Below, in pieces: positions 28,338 through 37,152 of a stretch of 64,000 nucleotides of DNA. The notes beneath the pieces were generated by a model. It did no database searches and was not told the DNA's origin. It was given only the letters and a program-made list of their open reading frames with translations. Each line of letters starts with the position of its first letter. The first letter of the stretch is position 1. The position numbers were made by a program, and so were the translations under genes. The stretch is from Singulisphaera sp. GP187. GTDB taxonomy: Bacteria > Planctomycetota > Phycisphaerae > Phycisphaerales > SM1A02. The DNA is taken from NCBI GenBank assembly GCA_945869475.1, contig CAMBOV010000013.1, forward strand, positions 3,662 to 67,661, read 5' to 3'.

Positions 28338-29389
28338 ACCATTCGTGCGCCAGCTCGGCGCGCGCACTCGACGATGCGCTGTGCGGTGCGAACAGCGGCG
28401 AATCCTGCTTGCGCATCGACGAAGGGCTTGCTGCCCGTGCGCACCGACGAGAGAAAGTTTTCGAGCTGCAGCTTGAGCGGTTCACCCTGCCCAACATCGA
28501 GAGTGTCGACTTTCACGAGCTCGAGATAGTTCAATCCCGAAAGGTCTTCGCCGCGCTTGAAGCGGGCACGAATGTCGGCAAGTTGCTCGGCGTTCACAGC
28601 CTTGCGCACGACGGTGCCCTTGCGCTCTCCAAAGTCTGCTGAGACGTAGGTGTCTTCGCTGATGATGCGCATCTTGCGTTCGGTCTTCAGCGCGAGACGA
28701 CTCGCAGTGACGTTTGCCGTGCAGCGAATTCCATCGGCGCCCGCAGGAAAAACGAGCCGTGCGTTGCAGACATCTTCCGCCTCGCCCAGAACGCTCACTG
28801 CGTTCGCGTGAATCTCTTCAGGCTCGCTTCCCATCAACATGATGAGCACATCAAGATCGTGAATCATCATGTCGAGCACAACGCCGACATCGACCGAACG
28901 AAAGGTCATCGGCGAGACGCGGTCGACTTCGACGAATCGTGGCGTGAGATTTGGAATGTTGCGAATCGCCACCATCACCGGATCAAATCGCACAACATGC
29001 CCAACTTGCAAGATCGCTGTGCCGCGCGCTGCAGCGTCGGCCATCGCCCGCGCCTCGTGCTCATCTGGCGCGAGCGGCTTTTCAACCAAGCAATGCACTC
29101 CCGCCGCCAGCAATTGCTCAACAACCGCGCGGTGCGTCACCGTTGGAGTCGCGACAACACACGCATCGACGCCTGCGGCAATGAGCGCCTCAACTGAGGC
29201 AAATGCGCCGCAGCCATACTGCTCGACCATGTCCGTGCGCCGCGCTTCGTTCGCGTCCACGACACCCACAAGGTCGGCGCCTTCGAGTTGCGCGCAGAGA
29301 CGTGCGTGGTGGCGTCCCATGCGACCGACGCCGATGACGCCACAGCGAATCGTCGCAGTCGAAGAGTGTGCGAATGCGTTGCTAGTCAT
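28334..29389 (-). CDS. Gfo/Idh/MocA-family NAD(P)-dependent oxidoreductase
   Basis: Rossmann N-terminus 'IRCGVIGVGRMGRHH' and 'VLVEKPLA'-type 'CLVEKPLAP'. Confidence 0.85.
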   Translation of the reverse strand: MTSNAFAHSSTATIRCGVIGVGRMGRHHARLCAQLEGADLVGVVDANEARRTDMVEQYGCGAFASVEALIAAGVDACVVATPTVTHRAVVEQLLAAGVHCLVEKPLAPDEHEARAMADAAARGTAILQVGHVVRFDPVMVAIRNIPNLTPRFVEVDRVSPMTFRSVDVGVVLDMMIHDLDVLIMLMGSEPEEIHANAVSVLGEAEDVCNARLVFPAGADGIRCTANVTASRLALKTERKMRIISEDTYVSADFGERKGTVVRKAVNAEQLADIRARFKRGEDLSGLNYLELVKVDTLDVGQGEPLKLQLENFLSSVRTGSKPFVDAQAGFAAVRTAQRIVECARRAGARMV

Positions 29390-29816
29390 GGGGTGTGCTC
29401 TTTCGGAAGGTCATTTCAAGATGGTTGCCTGGTCCGTGGTAACAGGCTTCGCTCATGTAGGCGCGAATGAGCATGAGTCCGCGCCCTGATGGAATCTCGA
29501 GGTTCTCATCAAGCGTTGGATCGGGGACTGCCTCGGGGTCGAACCCCTCACCCTCATCGGTCACATGAAAGGTTGCAGAGTCGGATGAGATGCTCCAGCG
29601 CACTTCGACAGACTTGCTCGCATCTTGGCGGTTTCCGTGTCGAAATCCATTCATCATCGCTTCTTCCAGCGAAAGTCGCATTGCAAACTGCGCCGCCGCG
29701 CAATAGTCAAACTGCGCAAGCACCCCCTCGATGTGCCCTTGAAATTTTTCGAGCTCGGATGAGATCTCCTTCAGTCGCGACGATCCTTCGTCATGACCCT
29801 CGCGCGAGGCGGTCAT
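29382..29816 (-). CDS. anti-sigma-factor-type serine kinase (RsbW/SpoIIAB-like HATPase_c)
   Basis: N-box 'LEEAMMNGFRHGN', G1 'DEGEGFD', G2 'SGRGLMLI'. ATG 29816 was chosen so the gene does not overlap the STAS gene. The ORF is open to 29936. Confidence 0.75.
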   Translation of the reverse strand: MTASREGHDEGSSRLKEISSELEKFQGHIEGVLAQFDYCAAAQFAMRLSLEEAMMNGFRHGNRQDASKSVEVRWSISSDSATFHVTDEGEGFDPEAVPDPTLDENLEIPSGRGLMLIRAYMSEACYHGPGNHLEMTFRKSTPHD

Positions 29817-29847
29817 CAGCTGCACCCCAGAGCGTTCATCCCTTGGT

Positions 29848-30213
29848 TCATACTTTGCCGAAGCCTTCGAGCGCCTTTTCGGCGGTGTCGGAAATGTGAA
29901 AGAGTTTATTGAGTTTCGTGATGACGAAGACTTCAAGGATGGATGGCCGAATGTCTGAGAGGCGCAACTGCCCTCCCCGCTTCTTCGCCAAACTATTGAC
30001 CGTGATCAACGTGCCCAGTGCCGCCGACGAGAGGTGCTCGACTCCACGAAAACAAATCAAGACTTGTGGATTGGCTGCGGCCTCGATGCGCTGCACGAGC
30101 TCGGTGCTGATGCGGCGGATGCTCGCTTCGTCGAGGATGTCGCGATCGACAAACTCAACGCGCATCACACCATTGATATCTGTCACCCGAATTCGTGAGT
30201 TCTCGTGTGCCAT
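29848..30213 (-). CDS. STAS-domain anti-sigma-factor antagonist (RsbV/SpoIIAA-like)
   Basis: 'VEHLSSAALGTLI' contains the phosphorylatable-Ser motif. C-terminal 'VFVITKLNKLFHI'. ATG 30213 lies 4 nt after the secretin stop. Confidence 0.8.
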   Translation of the reverse strand: MAHENSRIRVTDINGVMRVEFVDRDILDEASIRRISTELVQRIEAAANPQVLICFRGVEHLSSAALGTLITVNSLAKKRGGQLRLSDIRPSILEVFVITKLNKLFHISDTAEKALEGFGKV

Positions 30214-30217
30214 ACGT

Positions 30218-33200
30218 TCAGCGACTTCCCGTGCCAACGCCACTCAACTGGTCGCCAAGACCTGGAAAGAGCAGGTCTTCGGCTTCTTGTTGAATGATGA
30301 CTTCGGGGCGAATGAGCAGCAGTGTCGTGGTCTCGATCTTGCTCGTCACCGAATTCGTGAAGAATCGATTGACAAACGGAACCTTTGAGAGCACTGGAAC
30401 TCCGACTTCGATTTCGGTCTCAGCAACTTCGCGACGACCACCGAGCAGAATCGTTCCCTTGTCTGGAACAGAAACGGCTGTGTTGATCTGCGTCACTGCA
30501 ACGTCGGGCAACTGGATAGTTGCGCTGAAACTTCCCGCGCGACCGAATGCATCGCCTCCACCTGCGGCACCCGAGACGGACTGCTGATCGAACTTGATCA
30601 GGATGTTCTGTGCGAACTGCACCGTCATCGAGACGTAGCGTCGATCAGCACTCGTCACCGCTTCGATATCGAGAACGAATCCTGTACGGAGGTTCTGAAT
30701 GTTGGGCTGGAATGCGCCCGCGGCGTCGCCTGTGACTGCTTGAACGTTTGCGACGTAGGCCTGCGATGCACCGAACGAGATCCACGAGCGCGATCCATTG
30801 AAAAGGGTCAGCCGTGGCGCCGTGAGCGTCATCGCGCGCTGATCAGCCTGCGTGGCTTGCACCAGCAAATCGACCTGGACGTCATCGAGGTAGGTGAATC
30901 CAACGCTCAATGCTGGATTCGCAAGAGCGGCCTGTGCGACCGTTCCCTTGAGACCTGCACCGAGCAACTGGATGAGCGGCAAGCCTTCTTGCTGCACGTT
31001 GACTGGCGACATGCCGTTGGAGTCATAGAGACCGCCGTAGCTCTCGCCGTTGCGGCGCACACCGATGGGGTTGTAGAAACCACCATTGGTCGGACCTGCT
31101 TGTCCGTAGGTGAGTCCGCCACCCGCTGGATCTGGCGGCGCGATTGCGGTACCAGTTGCCGTCGAGTTCGACGTTGCGAGACCCTGTCCAAGGCCCTGAA
31201 AGACCACTGGATTCTTCAAGTGTCCGACGCGTGGGTCGCCCGTGTTCGACGCTGGACCAGGTGGGCGCTGAAAGAAGAAGTCGCGCAACTGGAAATTCGG
31301 ATCTTGATCGACGGCATAGTCAAACATGCCAGGATTCGAATTGAAATACAAGTCGAAGTCGATTCCGATCTGCTCGAACCACTGCACTTCGACTGAGATG
31401 AGTCGCGATTCGATGTTGATCTGAATCGCACGCACCGCGCGCAATTGCGAGAGCAAGTTCATGATGTCGCGGTGCGTCTTTGGCGTTGCGGTCACGATCA
31501 AGTTGCCGCTGAAGTCATCGAGACGGCTCTCGGTCATGTCGCCCTTGTCCCAGAATGCTTCTGGAACGAGGTACTTGATGAGTTCTTTGAGTCTTTCGAG
31601 AATCTGCAATCGTTGATCTTCGATGCCAAGGCTTGTGCCGCTTCCGAAGAGCGAGCCACCACCACCACCACCGCCACCGCCGCCCGAACCACCACCACCA
31701 CCACCGCCGAATCCACCACCACCACCGCCCGTACCACCGCCACCACCACCGCCACCACCGCCACCTTGGGCACCTTGGTTGAGCGCGGCGTCGATGTTGA
31801 AGTTCGGCGCGTTGTCGAAGTACGGCACGAGATAGAGAAGATCACGCACGTCGTAGACAATCGTCACCCGGCGAAGCGCAAGCGCTTCGGTCGATGCGAC
31901 GACCACGATGCCATCTTCCATTGCCCAATCAGCACGATTTGCCTGTGCATCTGCTGGATTTGCGCTGTCGCCGCTCGCTGCTTCGAGCGTCATGTCGAGC
32001 GCCTTGTCGGCGCGGATGCTCGGGAAGGCGAGCGACACAGTCGACTGCTTCGTGACGCCGGTAGTCTCGAGCGACTTCCAATCGACATAGAAGTCGAGAC
32101 CGGTGACTTCTTTGAAGTAGTTGATCGCCGCTTCGAAATCAGTCTCTGCGAAATCGATATTGATCTTCTCGCGCATCTTGGCCAGCGCAGCTTGGTCGAT
32201 CTGTGAATCTGTGAAGCCTGCTGCACCACCGCGGCGAGTCGAGATCTGCGGCCAATCCTCTGGGTAGGCCATCACAGCGTCGGCACTGCGCGGTCCTGGA
32301 CCGCTGAAGTTTTTCTTTGGTGGCACGAACGCCGCCTGCGCATCGACCGCGAACTCTTGAAAGGCAACCGATCGCTGTCGTTGAAGCTCGGTGTATCGGC
32401 GATAGAGAATCCCAGATTCAATAGTGTCGCGAAGAGCCAACGCAGCAGCGTTGGTGGGATCGATGAAGAGAATCTCTTGAACGACTTCGAGCGCTTCTTT
32501 GTACTTCAGCTCCGCCTGAAGTTGCCGGATGCGCGTCATGTCTTCGTTGATCGTGCGCTGGCGTTGCTCAACCATCTGCTGCTTTTGCAAGGTCGTCGAC
32601 TGCGATGCATCTTTCGACGCGAGCACCTTCTGCGCCTCGGTGCTCATGGTCTGCGCCGCGGTGATGCGCACGAGTTCCGCCTCGGCTTGCGCCATTCGGT
32701 TGTCGAAATCTGCGGGCGAAAACAACGATTTGCTGCGCTGAAGTGCGACCTTTGCTTGAACGACTGTGTTGTTTGCGCTGGCGAAATTGCCTTGCGTGAA
32801 GAGTTCGCTTGCACGAATGAGCGAACTATCGAACTCAACTTGTGCCTGTTCGCGCAAGACTGCATCGTCGCCAGCGACCTTGTCGACCGACGAGGCTTGA
32901 TTCAACGCCGCTTGGGCGTCTGAGAGACCCTTCGCGGCCTCGGCATCCCCTGGAACTTGAGCCATGATGGCTGACCAGAGATCAGCAGCCGATGCCCACT
33001 GACTTCGCGACATCGCTTGGCGAGCCTGCGCGCGAAGCATCGGAACACTTGCTCCATCAGTTGATGGAGCCCCTGCAGGCACCTGCGCAGGTGCGTCCGC
33101 AACTGGCGAGGGCGCTTGTGGCACTGGCTCGGAGGCTGCGGGCGCGTCGCCCGTCGCTGGCTGCGACTGAGCCATTGAAATGGATGCGGTGAGTGAGAGA

Positions 33201-33241
33201 ACGAGAGCGGCGACAGCGAATGTCGTGGATTCAAACTTCAT
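30218..33241 (-). CDS. secretin-family outer-membrane channel (GspD/PilQ superfamily) with long helical N-domain and poly-Gly linker
   Basis: Signal peptide 'MKFESTTFAVAALVLSLTASISMAQS'. STN/N0-like 'INIDFAETDFEAAINYFKEVTGLDF'. C-terminal secretin signature 'TILLGGRREV...VGVPVLSKVPFVNRFF...TTLLLIRPEVI'. Confidence 0.85.
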   Translation of the reverse strand: MKFESTTFAVAALVLSLTASISMAQSQPATGDAPAASEPVPQAPSPVADAPAQVPAGAPSTDGASVPMLRAQARQAMSRSQWASAADLWSAIMAQVPGDAEAAKGLSDAQAALNQASSVDKVAGDDAVLREQAQVEFDSSLIRASELFTQGNFASANNTVVQAKVALQRSKSLFSPADFDNRMAQAEAELVRITAAQTMSTEAQKVLASKDASQSTTLQKQQMVEQRQRTINEDMTRIRQLQAELKYKEALEVVQEILFIDPTNAAALALRDTIESGILYRRYTELQRQRSVAFQEFAVDAQAAFVPPKKNFSGPGPRSADAVMAYPEDWPQISTRRGGAAGFTDSQIDQAALAKMREKINIDFAETDFEAAINYFKEVTGLDFYVDWKSLETTGVTKQSTVSLAFPSIRADKALDMTLEAASGDSANPADAQANRADWAMEDGIVVVASTEALALRRVTIVYDVRDLLYLVPYFDNAPNFNIDAALNQGAQGGGGGGGGGGGTGGGGGGFGGGGGGGSGGGGGGGGGGSLFGSGTSLGIEDQRLQILERLKELIKYLVPEAFWDKGDMTESRLDDFSGNLIVTATPKTHRDIMNLLSQLRAVRAIQINIESRLISVEVQWFEQIGIDFDLYFNSNPGMFDYAVDQDPNFQLRDFFFQRPPGPASNTGDPRVGHLKNPVVFQGLGQGLATSNSTATGTAIAPPDPAGGGLTYGQAGPTNGGFYNPIGVRRNGESYGGLYDSNGMSPVNVQQEGLPLIQLLGAGLKGTVAQAALANPALSVGFTYLDDVQVDLLVQATQADQRAMTLTAPRLTLFNGSRSWISFGASQAYVANVQAVTGDAAGAFQPNIQNLRTGFVLDIEAVTSADRRYVSMTVQFAQNILIKFDQQSVSGAAGGGDAFGRAGSFSATIQLPDVAVTQINTAVSVPDKGTILLGGRREVAETEIEVGVPVLSKVPFVNRFFTNSVTSKIETTTLLLIRPEVIIQQEAEDLLFPGLGDQLSGVGTGSR
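31657..31766 (-). repeat. CCN/GGN low-complexity tract encoding a ~37-residue poly-glycine linker in the secretin
   Basis: Read directly from the sequence. Almost uninterrupted (CCA/CCG)n on the + strand, translating to 'GGGGGGGGGGTGGGGGGFGGGGGGGSGGGGGGGGGG'. Confidence 0.95.
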
Positions 33242-33387
33242 GTTGTGAGCGAAAGTGGGGCGAGCGAGGGGCGAAAACAGGTTCATGCAAGTACTCCGTG
33301 GGCACCCGATCAAGGGGACCCTCTCGATGCAACTCTTCATCCGACATACGTTGGGTGGCGGCCGTGCCTCTGACGGGTGTGAATCGC

Positions 33388-33403
33388 CTCGCCTCGAGGC
33401 GAG
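33388..33403. repeat. perfect 16-nt palindrome CTCGCCTCGAGGCGAG in the secretin/carA divergent intergenic region
   Basis: Read directly from the sequence. It is the only long perfect palindrome noticed in the largest clearly non-coding intergenic region (221 bp). Confidence 0.9.
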
Positions 33404-33462
33404 CGGAAAGACTAAACGGCATTCGACGCATCCGCAAGCGCAGGGTCGTTACAATCGCTGCG

Positions 33463-34713
33463 ATGTTGAGCTCGACGAGTCCCTTTGCTCCCGCACAGCA
33501 TCCCAGCCGATTGGTGTTGGCCGATGGAACCGTCTTCTGCGGGGTCGGATTTGGAGCCGTTGGCACCTCGGTGCTCACCCTAGGTGAAGTGGTCTTCAAC
33601 ACGGCGCTGACTGGCTATCAAGAGGCGCTCACAGACCCGAGTTATTGCGGGCAGATACTGACCTTTTCTGCCCCGCAGATCGGCAACTACGGCATCACAC
33701 GCGATGACGTCGAGAGCGTGAAACCGACCGTTCAAGGCGTCGTCGTCCGCGAACTCAGCCGAATCTGGTCGAACCAACGGGCTGTCGAGGGATTGTCGCA
33801 GTGGCTTGCCCGGTATGGGGTGGTTGGGATCCAAGAGATTGATACCAGAGCACTTGTGCGAAGACTTCGACATGCTGGATCGATGAATGGGGTGATTTGC
33901 GGCGATCTCTCGCGGGACTCAAGCGAGCTCGCGAGGTTGGCTCAGTCGAGCGTGTCGATGGTCGGAAAAGATCTCGCGAGCTCGGTAAGTCCACGGGCCG
34001 GCTGTCAGTGGGAAGAGTCGTTGGGGGAGTGGTCGCCTCGCACCGACGAGGGGATGCAGATCGCTCGGCGCACCCTCAAAGTTGTTGCGCTCGACTGCGG
34101 CGCAAAGCGCAACATTTACCGCAATTTGGTGGCGCGAAACTGCGAAGTGCACGCGATGCCTCACGACACCTCGGCGGCGGCGATTCGCGCGATGAAGCCC
34201 GACGGTTTGTTTATCTCCAATGGTCCTGGCGACCCAGCCGCTGTGACGGCCACGGTGAAAACGCTGCGTGAAATCGCTGGAGAAGTGCCAACATTTGGCA
34301 TCTGCCTTGGACACCAGTTGCTTGCCCTCGCACTCGGCGCAACGACCTACAAACTCAAGTTTGGACATCGTGGATCGAACCAACCAGTGCGCAATCTGCT
34401 GAGCGGTCGCATCGAAATCACGAGCCAAAACCACGGGTTTTGCGTTGATGAACTGAGCCTTCGTGCCGCCGGTGGTGAACCGACGCATGTTCACTTGAAC
34501 GATGGCACGATCGCTGGATTTCGCCACGCCACCAAGCCGATCTTCAGCGTGCAATACCACCCAGAAGCATCGCCGGGCCCTCACGACTCGGACTATCTCT
34601 TCGATTGCTTCGTCTCGTTGATGGAAACGGGTGGAGCGCTCACCGACGCGACGATGCGCACGGCGCAGACACGAGCCGCCGCACTCGCCCGTGGCGAACT
34701 CGCCGCGCGATGA
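33463..34713 (+). CDS. carA: carbamoyl-phosphate synthase small (glutaminase) subunit
   Basis: 'VFNTALTGYQEALTDPSY', 'GICLGHQ' (catalytic Cys) and 'SVQYHPEASPGPHD'. Confidence 0.95.
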   Translation: MLSSTSPFAPAQHPSRLVLADGTVFCGVGFGAVGTSVLTLGEVVFNTALTGYQEALTDPSYCGQILTFSAPQIGNYGITRDDVESVKPTVQGVVVRELSRIWSNQRAVEGLSQWLARYGVVGIQEIDTRALVRRLRHAGSMNGVICGDLSRDSSELARLAQSSVSMVGKDLASSVSPRAGCQWEESLGEWSPRTDEGMQIARRTLKVVALDCGAKRNIYRNLVARNCEVHAMPHDTSAAAIRAMKPDGLFISNGPGDPAAVTATVKTLREIAGEVPTFGICLGHQLLALALGATTYKLKFGHRGSNQPVRNLLSGRIEITSQNHGFCVDELSLRAAGGEPTHVHLNDGTIAGFRHATKPIFSVQYHPEASPGPHDSDYLFDCFVSLMETGGALTDATMRTAQTRAAALARGELAAR

Positions 34714-37022
34714 CCGATCGTGTTGCCGAGGCCATTGCCTATGTGCGCATCGCTGTCGAGCGTGGAATTGATCGATATCCAGATGGATTGACCTATCGCG
34801 CGCCGCCTGGTGTTGGGGTGATTTCTCTGGGGGATCACGTCACAGTTCCGCTTGGACGCGGCGATTCGCCGGTGAGTGGAATCGTCGTCGCTCTGGGCGG
34901 CGCAGAGTTGCTCGATGCGCGGATGAATGCGAGTCGGGTGAAATCAGTGACGAGCGTTGATCGAACGAGTGATCCGATGCCGACCATCGTCGTTCGATTG
35001 GCGCAGTGGATCTCGTCGTACTACTGCGCGCCCATCGGCGTGACGATTGCTGCGATCACTCCGCGCGCCGTGCGCAAAGGCATTGGACGTGTGAAGACTC
35101 TCGCGGTTGATGTGGCAGAGGTGCAGGCGCAGACACACGCCAAGCTGCATCCAAAGCGACAAGCGGTGCTCGATCAACTCGCGCAGTGGTCCGCAGATGA
35201 ACGACCCGTTGACATCGATCTACTTCGTGATCGCTGCGCACTCGCGACGCGCGCGCCAATCATGGCGCTCATCAAGAGCGGACATCTCGTCAGTGTCGCG
35301 CGAAGCTCAGTGCATGCACGGTGGCGCGCGAGTGTGCCCGCGTCGAGCACGGCTCCCGCGCTCACGGCGCAGCAGACTGTGGTCGTCGATGCCATCGCAC
35401 ACACGCTGAATCAAGGCTTTTCGCAGCATTTATTGCTTGGCGTCACTGGCTCTGGAAAGACCGAGGTTTATCTGCGACTTGCGCAGCAGGTGCTCGCAGC
35501 GGGTCGAAGCGTGCTCTATCTCGTTCCAGAAATTTCGCTCACTCCACAAACTGGAGGACGCATCGCAGCGCGTTTGCCATCCCACCCGATGGCGATTCTG
35601 CATTCGGGACTCACCGCTGCGCAGCGACATGAACAGTGGATCGTTGCCGCGACCGCGGGACCGAAGATCGTGATCGGCGCGCGCAGTGCGGTCTTCGCAC
35701 CCATTGCTGATGGTGAACTCGGACTCATCATTGTCGACGAAGAGCATGATCAGTCGTACAAGCAAGACCAAGCTCCGCGCTACAACGGGCGCGATGTCGC
35801 GATTCGTCGCGCGCAACTCGCGCACTGTCCGATCGTTCTCGGCAGCGCAACACCGAGCATGGAGAGTTGGTTCAACGCGACATCGCGCTCTCTTTCGACG
35901 CTGCATCAACTGCCAGAGCGCGCTCCTGGATTGCGCACACCCCGCGTCGAAATTGTTGATTTTCGCAGGGAAACAGCGCTTCATAAGGACCGCCGCGTGC
36001 ACTTGATCGGTCCAACGCTTGAAGTTGGATTGCGTCAATGTTTCGAGCGAGGTGGACAGGCGATCGTGTTGCTCAATCGACGCGGCTATGCGAATTGGAT
36101 CGCGTGTCCTGACCAAGCATGCGCGTGGACGATGCAGTGCGACCACTGCGAGGTTGGAATGGTCGTGCACCACCTCGCGAGCGATACGAAGCTCACGAAG
36201 TTCACACGCTGTCATCACTGCCAGACCGAGCAGAAAGTTCCGACGCGTTGTCCTCGATGTGCGAAGAACGTTGTGATCTTCGGATTGGGTACGCAACGAG
36301 TTGAAGAAGAACTCGATCGACTCTTTCCAACACTCTCACGGGCTGGACAGATCGCGCGCGTCGACAGTGATTCGATGAGTCAAGCGAGCGACTTTCACGA
36401 GACACTCGAGAAGTTCGCGCGTGGGGACATTCGACTCTTGCTGGGAACGCAAATGATCGCGAAAGGCCTTGATTTTCCAAATGTTCAAGTCGTTGGAGTC
36501 ATCAGCGCCGACACCGCGCTCAACCTTCCAGATTTTCGTGCGAGCGAGCGCACCTTTCAGTTGGTCTCACAAGTTTCGGGGCGGTGCGGGCGCAGCGACC
36601 ATGCGGGGCGCGCGATCATCCAGACCTTTCAACCGGATGCTGAGCCGATTCTCGCGGCGGCTCGACAAGACTTCATCGGATTCGCGCGCGGCGAAATCGC
36701 GATGCGTGAGCGATATGGATTGCCCCCATGCCACCGACTCGCCCGTATCGTCGTGCGACACGAAAGTCAGCGAGAGGCGCAGCAGATCGCAGATCGATTG
36801 CGCGGTGCGCTCGTGGCGATCGCCCTGGGTGGCGACGTGACGATTCGAGACGCCGTGCCGTGCGCGATTGCACGAATCTCCGATCGATGGCGGGTGCAAA
36901 TCGAACTGCTCGCGCCGACTCCCGCGCAGATTCAGAAGCTGCTCGCGACCGCGCGAAGTCGCGGCGTGCTCGTGCCGGGCGAGATCATTGCGGTCGATGT
37001 CGATCCCGTGACGCTGCTGTAG
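34710..37022 (+). CDS. priA: primosomal protein N' (replication restart helicase PriA)
   Basis: Walker A 'GVTGSGKTEVY', 'DEEHD', and the Cys-rich zinc region 'CPDQACAWTMQCDHC...CHHC...CPRC'. ATGA overlap with the carA stop. Confidence 0.95.
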   Translation: MTDRVAEAIAYVRIAVERGIDRYPDGLTYRAPPGVGVISLGDHVTVPLGRGDSPVSGIVVALGGAELLDARMNASRVKSVTSVDRTSDPMPTIVVRLAQWISSYYCAPIGVTIAAITPRAVRKGIGRVKTLAVDVAEVQAQTHAKLHPKRQAVLDQLAQWSADERPVDIDLLRDRCALATRAPIMALIKSGHLVSVARSSVHARWRASVPASSTAPALTAQQTVVVDAIAHTLNQGFSQHLLLGVTGSGKTEVYLRLAQQVLAAGRSVLYLVPEISLTPQTGGRIAARLPSHPMAILHSGLTAAQRHEQWIVAATAGPKIVIGARSAVFAPIADGELGLIIVDEEHDQSYKQDQAPRYNGRDVAIRRAQLAHCPIVLGSATPSMESWFNATSRSLSTLHQLPERAPGLRTPRVEIVDFRRETALHKDRRVHLIGPTLEVGLRQCFERGGQAIVLLNRRGYANWIACPDQACAWTMQCDHCEVGMVVHHLASDTKLTKFTRCHHCQTEQKVPTRCPRCAKNVVIFGLGTQRVEEELDRLFPTLSRAGQIARVDSDSMSQASDFHETLEKFARGDIRLLLGTQMIAKGLDFPNVQVVGVISADTALNLPDFRASERTFQLVSQVSGRCGRSDHAGRAIIQTFQPDAEPILAAARQDFIGFARGEIAMRERYGLPPCHRLARIVVRHESQREAQQIADRLRGALVAIALGGDVTIRDAVPCAIARISDRWRVQIELLAPTPAQIQKLLATARSRGVLVPGEIIAVDVDPVTLL

Positions 37023-37152
37023 AGCGGCGCCGCCACAGTGACCGCCCACCTCCCCGTTTCATCGTCGTTTTTTCGCTCGGTTGCTACACTCGGCAACGGG
37101 GTGTTGAGACGACTCTTCGCCCTTCATTTCAGCCCTCGTATGGAGCAAGTTC

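Noticed and set aside
31623-31835. 70-aa poly-proline ORF on the + strand
   Set aside because: It is a mirror image of the secretin poly-Gly tract (CCN reads as Pro), so it is an artefact of the repeat.
33242-33462. PyrR-type attenuator or riboswitch upstream of carA
   Set aside because: I recognised no PyrR binding-loop consensus and no terminator/antiterminator pair. Only the palindrome is reported as a finding.
37023-37152. Possible terminator or structured leader between priA and sucA
   Set aside because: The T6 run at 37068-37073 has no GC-rich stem immediately upstream. A 7-bp long-range pairing (37052-37058 with 37095-37101) is too weak to call without folding software.
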